The notes beneath the pieces were generated by a model. That model was not told the origin of the DNA. It saw only the letters and a list, made by a program, of their open reading frames with translations, and did no database searches. A DNA stretch of 64,000 nt from Vicugna vicugna (taxonomy: Eukaryota). Shown in pieces: positions 48,091 through 61,394 of the stretch; the first letter of the stretch is position 1; every line of letters begins with the position of its first letter. Made by a program: the position numbers and the translations under genes. The stretch lies in contig MU061579.1 of NCBI GenBank assembly GCA_013265495.1, positions 7,106,124 to 7,170,123 of the forward strand, read 5' to 3'.

Positions 48091-49420
48091 AAGGGACCAC
48101 AGGGGGAATGATTTGTAATAAGATGGGCTGGTGGAAGGGCATTCGAGACAGCGAGAACAGCAAGAGCAAAGGTCCTGAGGCTGGAGTCTGTGGGCAGGTG
48201 AAGAATTTCCTGGGCTAGAGGAGGGGCATGTGTTTCTAAGGAAAGAAAGAGAGGAAGTGAAGATGGTTCTGGACTGCCCAGTTCTGAATTGTGTCTCTGA
48301 AGCTTTAGGTTGGGGCGATATCTTTGCATTCTTTACTACTGAAAAAGAAGATACTTCTTGGTGGTAAGGGTGGTTTTGGCTTTTTGTTTGTTTTCAGGCA
48401 GCTTTCCCGATTCCTTTAATTTGTGCTAGTTTTTCAACTTTCACTAAGATGCAGTTCAAATGTTAAAAGTTCCAAATCTGCATGCCTGTGTAAATTTCCT
48501 ATATACATAGTAAGAGAATTTTTTTGGCAGGCAATTAGTTATAATGAAAGTTATTCATATAGTTCTTCAGTTTATTAGCCCTTCCCAGCTGCCCTGTGAC
48601 AGCTATTTAGGTAGTATTATTATGCCTCTTTCACAGTTAAGGACACTGAGATTTAGCGAGGTCACCCAGCCGAGGTTTGAACTCAAGTCTACCGACTCCA
48701 AGCCTAATATTTCTACACACTGAGGCACTCTGCAGGTTTTACATTTAGTCTTTGGAGGAAATTGTCAATCTGATCAGTTTCAAGTTTGGGGGTATTTTTC
48801 CCCATTTATACTGTGTCAAATTCAGAAAGATGCTTGAAAGTTTATATTGGTGATTTTGAAGGAACTATTTCATGGAAACTTGAAAATGCCTCTAAAAAAC
48901 TGATTTCCTCCACCACCTAATTTTCTTATTTCATTGAATCCATATGCTGATTCTAATACATGCTTTATATTTCAAATGATATGAGTTATTTTGCCCTTTT
49001 CTTTGATTAAAAGATTTTGATTTATTTCTAAATAAATGTTTAAGCCAATTTCTTAAGCAACTAAGCTGAGGCTTTTAAAACATCCATGGGTTATAGAATC
49101 CTGACCTGGAAGGGGGCTTCACTGAGCCAAACACCTCATTTTATGGATAAGAAAACAGAGGCCTGGAGAGAAGGGAGCTTATTGAGAGATACCGCGTAAG
49201 TCGGAAGCAAAGCTAGGGCTAGAACCCTTGTTTCTACTTTCCAGTCCTGCACCCTCTGACTAAACTACTTCAGAGCAATTCCTTTCCCTGCTGAGCTTGC
49301 CAGCCTCCCATGGGCAGCGTGGGGCACTCAGATGTCCAAATCCAGGTGACCTGGGTCTGAATCCTGGTTTGCTAGTTATCTAACGGGTAACAAATTGCAT
49401 TTGCTGCTACTGTCATTTCT

Positions 49421-49540
49421 TTTTCTTTTTTGAGGGGGAGGGGTTGGAGGGGTAGGCAGTTAGGTTTATTTGGGTTTTTTTAGAGGAGGTGTTGGGGATT
49501 GAACCCAGGACCTTGTGCATGCTAAGCCATACCCTCCCCC
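49421..49540 (-). mobile_element. tRNA-derived SINE (camelid Vic-1-like) with internal deletion; TSD GTCATTTCT
   Basis: ggggattgaacccaggaccttgtgcatgctaagc...ataccctcccc; TSD at 49412-49420 and 49547-49555. Confidence 0.8.
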
Positions 49541-51329
49541 TGCCCCGTCATTTCTAAAGAGAATCATAAAACATAGTTAATTGACTAGACAGTCAAGATT
49601 TAGTTTACAAAGTACAGATTCTCTGCATTCTCTTTTCCACTTGACGGGACAGTTTTCATGGTCCTCACTGGGATCTGGTTTTGGTGAAGGAAGCCAAGTG
49701 TTCTGGGAGTGGGCATGATAAAAGCTTCAGAGATACGCCGCAAGCCAGGCCGAAGTCCAGCCTCAGAAGACTGCTGATGGAGGCCTGATTCCCCCTCCGC
49801 AAAGTGAGTTCAGTCTCTTACTGATGTAGCGCTTTCTCTTTTCACTGCGGAAAGGCCAGCGTTTCCTGGTCCTGAAGCACAGGCCAAACTGTGGCTCTGG
49901 GGAGGGGGCCTGGAAACAAAGGAGGGTGCGAAGTCACAGCCCACTGGCGTGGAGAGAGCTCAGAGTTGTTTATGTAATCCCCTGCCTAAAGTCAAAAATT
50001 GAATGGAGCAAAAGAAGTGTGACCTTTATGTAATCAAAAGAAAAAAAATGCTGAAGTAGCTTTAGAGAAAGTGAAATTACTGAAATTGCAACCCTGGAAA
50101 GGCAGTTGTCCTGTAAGAGTTAATTAGACAAAGAAGCAGCAAAACAAGCGAACAAACAAAAACCCCAGAACTCACCAGGCCAGCATCGTGCAGGGCCCTG
50201 GCTGGCAGGTGTGACTGGGCGAGACACAGAAATCATCAGAATCATCCTCTCAAAGCCATGACAGCATCATATGCATGTTTGGTCCCATTAAATGTCTTTA
50301 CTCGCTCTGTTTGCAGGTGCTTACTTCCTGTGTAGTTTATGGGAGCCCTTTGAAAAGAAACCAAGGGTGGGTTGTATTTTCTTCTGTCACTAAGCCAGCA
50401 GGTCAGCTGTGCTTCTCAAGTGAGGAGGAAGAGATGTGACATGACCCCCAGCCTTGGAGTCAGGCCTGCCTCCCCCCGAGGGGACGGCAGTAAGGGCTGG
50501 ACTCCCATCAGGTTTGAGTCCTGACTCTGCCATTTGCTATGGGTCCCCCAACATTTCCCATAACCTCCCTGAGTTTCAGTTTCCTTGTCTGTAAAGCTGC
50601 ATGTGTCGGTACTTGGTAAATCCTTAATAAATCCCGTCCTTGGCCTCTGTGGCCTTCCGTTTTCTCTAATGTGAAAGGAGAGGTTTGGACCAGAGCAGCA
50701 ACGTGGGGTACAGGATGGAAGGAAGGGGTGGGGCAGGAGAGGTGTTCAAACAACAACACTTCTCCTCCCAGCTCACCTCACCTTTACCTTGGATACAAGC
50801 CACATGAATAACAGGAAACTTCAAACTTAAGCACATGGGATTTCCCCAGAATTTCTAACTAGATATTTAACTTTCCTTACTGTAAAATGGTCTCCTTAAT
50901 TATCTGTCCAGGGGTAGTTTTAAATCCTCCGTGGACCTCACGCATGTAAAGAGCTTTGGGCTGCAATGTTTTCCATGTTTGTATTAGTGGGAAGTAGGGG
51001 GGATGCTAAGGACCTGACATGTGGTAACAAAGTAAAAGTGGAGCTCTCTGAGACAGCAGAGCTTACCTGAATACTGAACTGATCCTTCTGTAAGTGTTGC
51101 GATGAAAGGAAACTGAAAAATGCAGTGAGAGGTGGGGAAGGTGACTTTTGTCTGGTCCTCCAGTCAACGAAGGATTTTCAGCGTCACTAAGTTGGCATGT
51201 ATAGTATTTTAAAAAGGGGCATTGCCTCACCCTTGTATTTTATATATTCTCCATCCTTCACCTTGTGAGTTTGGTTGGATTTTTTTTTAATATGTTGTAA
51301 AAATCTTTTAAAAAAAATACTGATGCTGT

Positions 51330-51740
51330 GGGGAACAAAATCTGGATACTGTCTATTAAACAGATGTTGACGGAGGCTGTGGGGATACAGATGTTAGTAA
51401 AGCAGGCCTGGACACGGCCCCATGGGGATCCACGCAGTCCGCAGGCAGACAGGTCACCGTCTGTGCCTGTGGGGTCTGCAGCAGAGAACATCCAGGGCAC
51501 TCTGCGGGACGGGGCGGGAGTGTGACCTGGACTGAGAGGCAGGAACAGCTCCTCTGAGGAGGGGCTGCCCAGCTGAGCTGCGAAGGATGAGAGGGATCTG
51601 ACTGGGCAAAGGGAGCCATAGGGTGGGAACGCACACGGCATGCTCACGGTCCCGAGGTGGCAGCATTCTGGGAAGTGTCCCGAGCACGGGGAGGACCAGG
51701 AGAGATAACAGAAGGTCGACTGTGTGGGGTCTTGTAAGCT
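51330..51740 (-). mobile_element. L2-like fragment, unusually GC/CpG-rich
   Basis: L2-like succession (gtaaagcaggcctggacacggccccatgggg...ctctgaggagggg...agctgagctgcgaaggatgag...cagcattctggg). Confidence 0.5.
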
Positions 51741-53284
51741 ACATGCTGTAATCCGACCTCAACCAATCTGGTCCTTCTTATTTACTGAGGACATTTTTGA
51801 TGGGTGTTGAAAACTCCAGTATTAAGAGGTGGCTGAGGGTAAAGTTCTCCTTCCCCTTTGGTCTCACACGTGGTCCCAAAGCAAATCTCAGGCCCAGCCG
51901 AGCCTCACATTGTAACATTGATTAGTAAGCAGGGATCAGATCCATCGTGCAACCTGTTTTGTAAGCTTGGTGAAGTCCCTCATTCTGTTCTTGTGGTTTC
52001 TCCAACTTCGTGGAAAATTCATTGGAGGCAAATGTGACACTCCTCTAGAGGCTGGGTTGAGCTAACCTAAGAGTTTAATTTAAGCAACAGGAACTAGACA
52101 AGGCATTTTGCACAAATATGTATTGGGAACCACTGGGAAGGGCCCAGGTACAGGATCACTACCGTGTACCATTTAATGCAAGCATGGGGCTGCCTCTACA
52201 CTACTTCTAACCAGTCCACACGTCCTACACAAAACCAATTTCATGAAGGAAAAGTAACTTCTACCTTTCATTTGTTCCTTAATAAAGTCCTCTGTTGATT
52301 ACAGATAAGGAAGCTAACATTCCTGTAGAAACCACCTCCGGATTATGGCCTTCTGATAACATCTTACTAACCGTCTCTGAAGTGTGTATTCCTGATTGGG
52401 GTAACTAATTTAATCTACATCCTAGGGTGCAGATGGAAAACACACTCATAAATTCCAGCCTGTCTATGCTGATGCATCCTAAAGTGCATTGTAGACAACA
52501 CAGCCATTACAAGGCAGTGGTCTTTGTCCTAGGAACAGAGAGAAGCCATTAAGGTCATAAATTGGGAAATAATAAGATTTGTATCTCTGGCTGCAGGTTG
52601 GGAAACTGGAAGGAAGACATAGGAGAGAGGAGGCCAGTTAAGGGACTGTTGCATGAGATGTTGAATCTCCACTTGAATAAAGTGGAGGTAATTTGACTGA
52701 GAGAAGTGGACGGGTTCCTGAGATACGTTAGATGAAATCACCAGGACCTGGTGATGGATTGGAAATGGGAAGTGAGAGAGGAGGTGTCCATATTACATTT
52801 TAGGACAGGGAACACAAAGGAATTTTGTTGCAGTGTTGTTTGTGATCAGAAAGAAAAAAACAGTGTATCTGTTGTCAATAAACACTGGCTAAATGAAGTA
52901 CAATTTATAGATACAATGCAGTACCCTGCACTGATGAAAGAAATGAGTTCCATTTGTGATGACATGGTGGGAAGATGTTCAGGAAATAAACTTAAATGTT
53001 TTAAATTTGTTAAAGAAACATGTACTTAGTGTTCCATTTTAATACAATTAGTAATGATTGTGATTAGCACTTACAATATCCAGAAGAAAAAATTCTAGCT
53101 GTGGTTATCTGTGAGGCAGAGGTTACCAGGGATATTTGCAATCTGTACTCTGAATTTTTTGCAACTGAGAAATCAAATTTTGCAGAAAATGAGCAGACTA
53201 CCCTACTTCTATCATGAAAACTCCTGATCATCTTATCCCAAACATGATTACTCCCTCTTTTGAACACACAGTCCACAATCACTC

Positions 53285-53460
53285 CCAGAATGTTAGGTCC
53301 AAAAAAGGCTTTAAAGGTCATTTAGCTCAACGTCCCCATTTCACAGATGAGGAAACTGAGGCCCAGAGAGGTTAATGGCTTGGCAACAGTCACATAACCC
53401 TAAACTAATAGCAGAGCCAAGACTAGAACCCAGAGACTCTCCGTCTGGAATTCTTTATAC
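53285..53460 (-). mobile_element. MIR SINE
   Basis: ccccatttcacagatgaggaaactgaggcccagagaggtta...gcagagccaagactagaaccca. Confidence 0.85.
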
Positions 53461-54781
53461 TTCAACCGGCAAAGCCTCCTCCAGCACTCACTCTATCTGT
53501 GAATAACTTGGCTTTTACTGGACGGTCCAGTGAATAGATCTGTCTCCTCCAGTAAATGATGTGCTCAGACTCTGAGAGTCAGTGTTCAGCCTCATGCTCA
53601 ACATACTGTAAAACACTCATTAAAGCAGTTGATAGACTAGTTAGACTTCAGATCTAAACCTCAGGAAGGAGAAAGACTCTCACATGTGGCTTGCCCTCAG
53701 CACACACACAGCCACACACACACTCTCTCTCCCACCCTCTCCCACCCCACACGCTAAGCATAAGTCCAGGGCACTTGGCTCTGTTGTCTAATTGGTTATG
53801 CTGGCAGAACAGACTTTGGATTTAAGCAAGGGTCAATGGTACACCAACAGACTGATAATCCTGAACTTCCTAACGGAAATGGCATGGCTCTTGAAGGGTA
53901 CTTTTCATTTGTGAATAAGGTCAGTGATTTCCCACAGCTGTCTTAAGAACTCTCTTCCCACAGTTACATAGTCCCTTTGCACAGTATTTCAGAGAATATT
54001 TCTTCTCTCACAGAAATGCAGCCTGATTGTGGGCCCAGAGCAGTGTGTCAGGTTGTCCACTGTCACTGGTGGTGGCCCAGAGAACTGGACGTTTTTGGAT
54101 TGCAATTCACTGGCAGAAATGAGGCTAGCGACTCTGTCGTCCTTAGACTGGGAAATACCCGGGGCAGCTGGGGCCACGTGCCCCAGTCTTCTTAGGACTG
54201 TTGGGCTTTCCCACCTTTGGAACCTGATTCTTTTCTTCTTTTCCCCTGAAGCTAATCAGAATGCTTTTGTTTATACTGAACTACACTTGGCATCTGGTGT
54301 TCATCACCTAAATGGGCTGCTGTCTTTCAGAAACTCTTCTGCTCCCATTTTGCAAATTTGGTGAACTTGTTTCCAGTGTTTTATTAATTTATTTCAACTC
54401 AGCATTTTCCATATCTTAAAATTTTCCATTTTTAAAGTGACCATCTGTTTTATTTTTTTAGACTCTATGCACACACACATTTATATACAGTTTAGTTTTA
54501 AGTTCTTTCAAACCACTTTTTCTTTCTGCTATTGCTAATCTTGTGTGGGTTCACAGTGCTTTCATATGTAAAGTATCCATAAGATGTATTTGTACATTTT
54601 ATCTGAAAATTGAGAAAAGCCAAAAATAGTTGTGTCACAACTGTGATTTGCCTTTAACTTGTATTAAGCAAGCTATTATTTTGATGAAAATGAAAATAAA
54701 CGGTAAATTTAAAGTACTGGTAATTCTTTCCTCTCAGTCAACTCTATGTCCACCTTTCAGTAAGTGCACATTCTGCTTTTC

Positions 54782-54935
54782 ATATACACAAAATGTTATG
54801 ATAACTCAGAGAGAAAAAAATGTGACAATGAGTGTGTATATGTCCATGAATGACTGAAAAATTGTGCTGAACACTGGAATTTGACACAACATTGTAAAAT
54901 GATTATAAATCAATAAAAAATGTTAAAAAAAAAAA
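54782..54935 (+). mobile_element. Young lineage-specific L1 3' end with poly(A) tail
   Basis: atgactgaaaaattgtgctgaacactggaatttgacacaacattgtaaaatgattataaatcaataaaaaatgtt(A)n; possible AAGTGCA TSD. Confidence 0.8.
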
Positions 54936-56361
54936 GTGCAGAAATTTAGCTACCTGAATACGAGCCACATGCAGAGGCTGAGAGTTTGAGCAAGAGGAGA
55001 ATGTGTATACCCCTTCCTCAGGGGTATAGCCAGTAGCTATTGCAAATGGAACAGAAAGGAATGTGAGTGAACTCAACAGATCTGAAGAGTCAGAAAATTC
55101 CAAGACGGCAGAGCCCTGGAGGGATTACTAGAGATGTGTGACCCAGCCCTGGACTGCCCGTGTGCCTTTTAGAAATACCTGGAAAAAGTTACATTTCTCA
55201 TCATTCAACTATAGCCAGAACCAGCCATAATCTGACAGTTAATTTTGATGTGAGATATAGTTACCAAATTTTCTAGTAAAATGCAAAAGACTTTGGATGA
55301 ATAGCAGGAAAGACCATTTGAAATCAGTCTTCCCTGAAAACTCAAAAATTCACGTTCCCCATAACTTGCCCAAATGACTATGACAAAGTATTTTCGTGCT
55401 GACACTGTGACACGGGGGGAGATACAGTTTTTATGCCTAAACGCTGTAACATTTTAATTGTTAACAGAGATAATAGCCTCTAATGGACATTAAAATTTCC
55501 ATGAAAAAATTAGAATGTAAGAGTCTATAGGTATAATTAAGGGCTAGACCAGGTAGACTTGCTAATGTCTCTTAATATCCATAATTAACAAATATTTGAG
55601 TGCCTTCTATGGTTTTGAGGGGGGCTTTTTTTTTCCTCTATAAGGTTTTGAAAGTAAGGAGATGTAAGAAAAAAATTAATGACCTTACAATCAAAAGTAT
55701 GGAAATGTTTCCCTGCTAGAACTTCTCAGTTGGGACTGATTAAGGAATATTTATTTCTGAGCAAAGTATAGAAGAAAGCCAATGGAGAAAGGGGTGCTGT
55801 ATCTTTAAATTTGGAGATATTTTATAATTGTCCTTGAAGTTTCTATTTTCATTTATTTGCTTTGGGTGGGACATGGAAAAATATTTGCCTACTGGATGGT
55901 ACTAATCTTCATGCATGCGTTCATGCATTTCCTTTCCTGAGAAAGGTGGGGGCAATTCATGGTAATGCCTTTTATTTTTAAATGTTTGCAGATGTGTGAA
56001 TTTCTGTCCTAAAAATCAGTGAGTTCAAGCTCATTGAGTACCATAAGAAAAGATGTCTCTGAGACACTCAAAGTGTGAAACTTCAAACACTGGGTTTTCT
56101 AGTTACATGTTATCCCAGAAGCTACCTTACTTACGTGATCAGTATTTTCATAATAAATCGGTTATTAGCAAAGTACTGATGAACTCTAATATTCTAAATA
56201 ACATTGTTTGGAAAAGTTTTACAATTGTTTAAATAGGTTTTTTTGTTTCGTTTTTAATGTTTAGGTAGAATTTAAATTATTTTCAGTGGCTCGGAGGCAA
56301 GGTATGTTGTTGTTGTTGTTGTTTTTCTTAACGGAATTAAAATCCCAGTAGTGCAGAAATT

Positions 56362-56830
56362 CTTATTCACTCAACAGATATGTATTGAACATTTCCCATA
56401 TGCCCGACCTACAGGGAAAATGTAAACCAGCTTTCCTGCAACCCCACAGTGAGCATTTTTCACAAATGCAGAACTTTAATTTGCAAATAAAATTCTTGAA
56501 CACTGTGCCCCTATACCATATACTTGGAGCACTATATGAATGGCACACTAGCTCCCTGCTAGGCTTTGAGCAGTGTGCTGACAGGGATCCAAAAGTGAAC
56601 AGAGCCCTAGCTTATGACATCTGGTGGGAAAGAGGCACATGAAATCATCATATAAGTAAAACTAGAATTTCAACTTGTGATGCAACAAAGGAAACAGAAA
56701 AGGGATGTGGGGCAGCTTTTATGAGATCTGCTTTAGATGGGGAGTGGGCAGAGGCCAGGGAAGGCTTTTCAGAGAAAGTGGTGCTCAAAGCAGAAGAGTG
56801 AGGGAAAGTCAGCCAGGGAGAGCGGTGGAG
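56362..56830 (-). mobile_element. L2 fragments
   Basis: attcactcaacagatatgtattgaacat; gccagggaaggcttttcagagaaagtgg. Confidence 0.6.
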
Positions 56831-59184
56831 AAAACTGGTTGTGGATATTTTTATTAAGGGGGTGGAAGGCAGGAGCCAGGAACCCCAGTTTGTAGTTTGA
56901 GAGCCACCAGGAACCTCTCTTGACCGTCTTAATCTTTGGACTCATTTTCTTTACCTGAGAAATCAGAGTTGAAAAGAAACCTCTAGATTCCTTCTCTGAT
57001 CTGTGAGCCGTATAAACTGCTACTCTACCAGGAAGCCCTCTGATGGTTCCGTCTGGGCCGGTTCTGGAGCTGTCATCATCCCAGCCCAGATCCCAGGTGT
57101 TCCCAGGAACTGTGTGCCGAGTCCTCGCCAGGCTGGCCGGGCCGAGCCGGATTCAGGCAGTTGGGCTGAGCTCTCTGGGCTTCCTGCCCCGCCTACATCC
57201 ACACACTTATCTCGCTCGTATCAATCCTTTCCTCATTCCCTCCATTCTCCGAGGATAAGGTGTTCCCTTTCTTGTTCAAGGTCAGCCTTTTCACTGTGGA
57301 TCTTAGCACTCCCACCCTCCCCCAAAAGGAGTCATCTCCCTCTGCAGTAAACACACTCAAATCCTTTTTTTTTAACTAAAATAAAATACAGAATAAATGT
57401 CTCTTCCTTTGAGCCACATTCTTCCAATTTTTGTCTACCACTCCATCTCTCTGTTTCCCTTATTAAAATTTTTAATTAAAAGGTCTTAAAGAATTCTTGA
57501 GTCGTTGCTGCCTTTAAAAGCTGTTCTCAATTTCTCACCTTCAGCTTGCTCTCCATATGTAGCTCTTTGTTTTCTCCCCATATCATGACATGAAAGTTTC
57601 ACTGATGAAATTTGAATCTTAAATTTAAATATGTGACCATCAAATCTAATAGGCCTGTTTCATCCCCTTACCTTATAAATTTCCCGGCTGCATTTCAAAC
57701 TACTGGTCTTGGTGATGCCTTCCTTTTGGAAATCCTCTTTCCCTTGACTCCTGTTATGCTCTTACATTTCTCCCTTTTGGTTCTCCTACTTCTAGGATCA
57801 GCTCCTATTCACCTGCCACCTATTATCAAGTCTGATGGGAGTGGCAGGGTCAGGGGCAGGTACTGATGCAGAATCCATTTGCAGGTGCTATACACACCCA
57901 TATGTGATGACTCTGCCATCAGGGGAGGGTGCTCAGAGAATTCAGAGTAGGATTAAGGTGATGAGGTTCATTGATTTGGGTCACTTGGCAAGGCAGCCTA
58001 TGTGGGAGGTGGAAGAATCAAAGAAGTCTTGGCAGTTAGGTGACTGGTAATTTGAATCTTGGGGACAGAGGTGAGAGGGTGGTACCTGGGAAGATTTAGA
58101 ATCAAGTACAAATATGATGGAATAAATAAAACCCAAAAGTATTAATAATTTTAGGTAAATTTGTGGGAAAGTCTGTCTTTAATATTTTAAACACATACAA
58201 TTCATAATGTTTAAGATAATTAACATGAATAGCCTTGTGATTCCAATTTAAAATGTGTCATTGGGGGATTGATTTAGACTTTGGATCTTTAAGTTGAGAT
58301 TTTTAAGATAATTTTGCTGTTTTATATTAGATTGAAATTTCTAAGAGAACCAAAGATTCACCTTTTTTGTGAGTTTATTAGTGTATAAAATGATGTAAGT
58401 ACTAGGGAAGGGTTTGTTGACTGGTCAGAAAACTGAAATAACTTAGAAAATCCAATATATTGTGTTTAAAATGCCTTTTAATTAACGAAGTTGAAAAGTC
58501 ACTCAAAAAAACTGACAAAGTTGAGAGATTTTAAATAGAATGAAGATAAGATTTGTAATTGATCACAACTCAAGAGAAAATTACATTTTTGGATTTGTTA
58601 TTTTAATAATTTACACATGAAATTTAAAAACCTAAGTAGCTGCAGGTAGTGACTTTGGAGGCCCTAGGGGACACACAGAAACCCCTGTGGCCTGTCCTGC
58701 TCCCAGGCATTGGTGCACCCCTGGCCCCCTGGTCAGTCCCTGGCGGTATCAGAGTGTGTGCACCCTTCAGGGCTCACGTGCACGTCCCACCCTGCCCTCC
58801 CCGAGCCACTACAGATCCGTGGAAAACAGCTGCTTGCAACAGGGCCAATCGACTGGCACATCCCCAGTCCCCTTTAAACTGAACCCATCCGACCAACCTG
58901 AGTTCATCACTGCCCCACCCTCACCCGCAGTGATTTGCTCTCCCTCCTGTGTTACTACCTTGGTTGATGACATCATCTGGTTTCCCTTTCCCTCAAGATC
59001 AAGGACTGTGACTCAGGCACCTGTGACTCCTCAGTGCCCACCACCGACAACAGTAGGCACTCAAAAACTCTGTGAATAGGAAGGCCAAATAAAATACGGG
59101 CTGGCGTAAAGGCCTGTTTTAGGACGAGTGGATGGGGAACCCCATATCCTGTTGATATTCCTTAAAATCACTGTCAGGGGAGCA

Positions 59185-59370
59185 GGAACAGCTAACGTTT
59201 ACTGAGCACCTCCTGTGTGCCAGGCACTGCAGGTGGTTTATACACATCATCTAACTTACAGGGCTGGGCTCAGAGGGGTCAGGCTGTGTTCAAGATGACG
59301 GAGCTAGTAAGTGACAGGGCCAGAGCCGGGGCGCGTCGAGTTCTGAGTGGCTGCAGCGCACACTCTCAGC
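59185..59370 (-). mobile_element. MIR SINE
   Basis: gctaacgtttactgagcacctcctgtgtgccaggcactg...gagctagtaagtgacagggcc. Confidence 0.75.
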
Positions 59371-59537
59371 CAGCGGACCTCACCTCAGCGGAGCTGCTTT
59401 CACGTCAGGTTTCCGTGAACTGATTTTTATGTAGTAACATTGCTGATGAAGGTCAAGCGATACTTAGAAACTCAGAATTTAGTTTATCACCATTTAGTCT
59501 TTTTTTTTTTCATTTTGTTATGAAAACTCACTATCAA

Positions 59538-59680
59538 TTTATTTTTTTTCTTGTTTTTTTCTTGGGGGGGCTGGAGGGGAGGGTAATTAGATTTTTTTTT
59601 CCAATGGAGGCACTGGGAATTGAACCCACGACCTCTTACACGCTGAGCACACACTCTACCGCTGAGCTATACCCCTTACC
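59538..59680 (-). mobile_element. tRNA-derived SINE (camelid Vic-1-like)
   Basis: Reverse complement ggggtatagctcagcggtagag...gggttcaattccc has A and B boxes, followed by A-rich, C-rich and A-tail segments. Confidence 0.85.
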
Positions 59681-61394
59681 TTTTTAGACAGATCAAAGTA
59701 CCCAAGCTTAATAACTTGAAAGATCAATACTATCGCTTGTTGTAGAAACATCAACTGAAGCAGTTCTCCCAACTCTCCTGCCTGAACTTCCGCTGATTTA
59801 GGAAAACTCCTTCTTGACCTTTCCATGTTCTGCCAGACCAGAAAGGATATGTTTCAGCCCAACTGGACACAAAACATTGGGTTGAGGGGAAAACGCAGCC
59901 ACAAGAGTGCCTTTTAAGAAAAGAAATTGGGAAATCATCCTCAGATTTCCTCCTTCCCTCTCCTTTGCACAGTTCATAGAAACAGTGCTCTTCTTTCCCG
60001 CCGCGCACCTCAACCCTAGTACAAAACTAGTAAGAGCAGAGAAAGCGGAACTGCTGTCTCTCCCGCATCCACCCCGCCCGTGGCCACGCCCCCTCCCCCG
60101 TGGAGAATAAGCCATTTTAGTACAGGCTGCCAAGTACACATTAAAGGTTGAGATTACAAGATCCTTTGCTCAAAATGAACATTTTAAAAATAATGAACAT
60201 GCATTTGAGTCTCCGTTTCTCATTCGTGTATTAACTCTGTCCCACCCAAAACTAATATGGTATTTTTTGTTTTTTGGGCTTTTTGGGGGGTTTTTTTGGT
60301 TAATATTCTTGAAGTTGGAGGAACTTCTGCCTAGTTTCTTTTAAGGAACTTTTGTGTAAAAATATACCACTTTTAGCAATGCTTATGAGTTAGTTATTTA
60401 GAAGATCAGTTCCCTAAGGTCTTCTATTTACTTGAGTCATATATATAAATTTGAAAATTGGAAGAAGCCTAGATAAAGATACAATAATTACATATGTCGT
60501 GCCACGGAATAGATTTCTAGAAAGGGGTTGTGGTGAGCGGGAACTTTTTACCAATAATGTTTAACTAGAGCCTGAGGGATGTTGATTTCTGGAACTGCTT
60601 GTGATTGTGGCCAATCTTCAAAATAATTTTTATTGCTGCAAAATCATTTTTTTTAACTACAAGGAGTTAAAAAAAGGAACAACTTTGTATAAAGTGAAAA
60701 TAATTGCAAAATTGAATCATCTCTCTGGCCTCATTCAGAGGATGCAGTGATTCAAGGGTACCTGGCCTCGGCCTCTCGAGTGCACAGACCAAAAGGTAAG
60801 TACATTTAGCACATATTTTGATGCTATTTACCACCATAACCCTAGGATAATTAATGTTCTCATTTTCCAGGTAGGCTGAGAAAGACAATAATTTACCCAG
60901 TGACATGAGACTGCTTCATTTCAGGTCTTCTTTAAATTGCTCTGTAGTCTCAGAAATCACTTCCCTGTTCCTTAATCTCTCAACAGATAACCTGTGAACT
61001 GTTGCTATGATGCAAAAGACATGTCCTTCAGCATCTTACTCATCCTCACCAGGCGCTTTAAATTCAGAAAGTTTGGTTACTTCTGTAACTTGATCCTCAT
61101 GGGTTTATATGTGCACGTAGACGCCACTGCAACAGGATGATGCTATGGTGAAAGCATAAGCTTTTAGACACAGCTGGGTTCAAATCCCAGGGCTGGAGCT
61201 TCACCTCTGTGAGCCTCCATTTCTTTGTTAAATAGGGATGATAACTGCTGATACAATGATGGGTTGGCTCTTGGCCTGGAAGCTAAGAATCAAATCAGTG
61301 CACACAAGTGAGGAAATTCTGTATGTTAACTTGCATGACTTCTGTCATCAGAAAACAAATCTTAAAAACAAGTGTTAAAAATAATTAAGTGCAT

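Noticed and set aside
57860..58745. AT-rich block with GC-rich ends, possibly a hAT-Tip100-type fossil
   Set aside because: Terminal inverted repeats and TSD could not be established by eye.
59610..59676. tRNA-like sequence on the minus strand
   Set aside because: It is the head of a SINE followed by a SINE body and A tail, not a tRNA gene.
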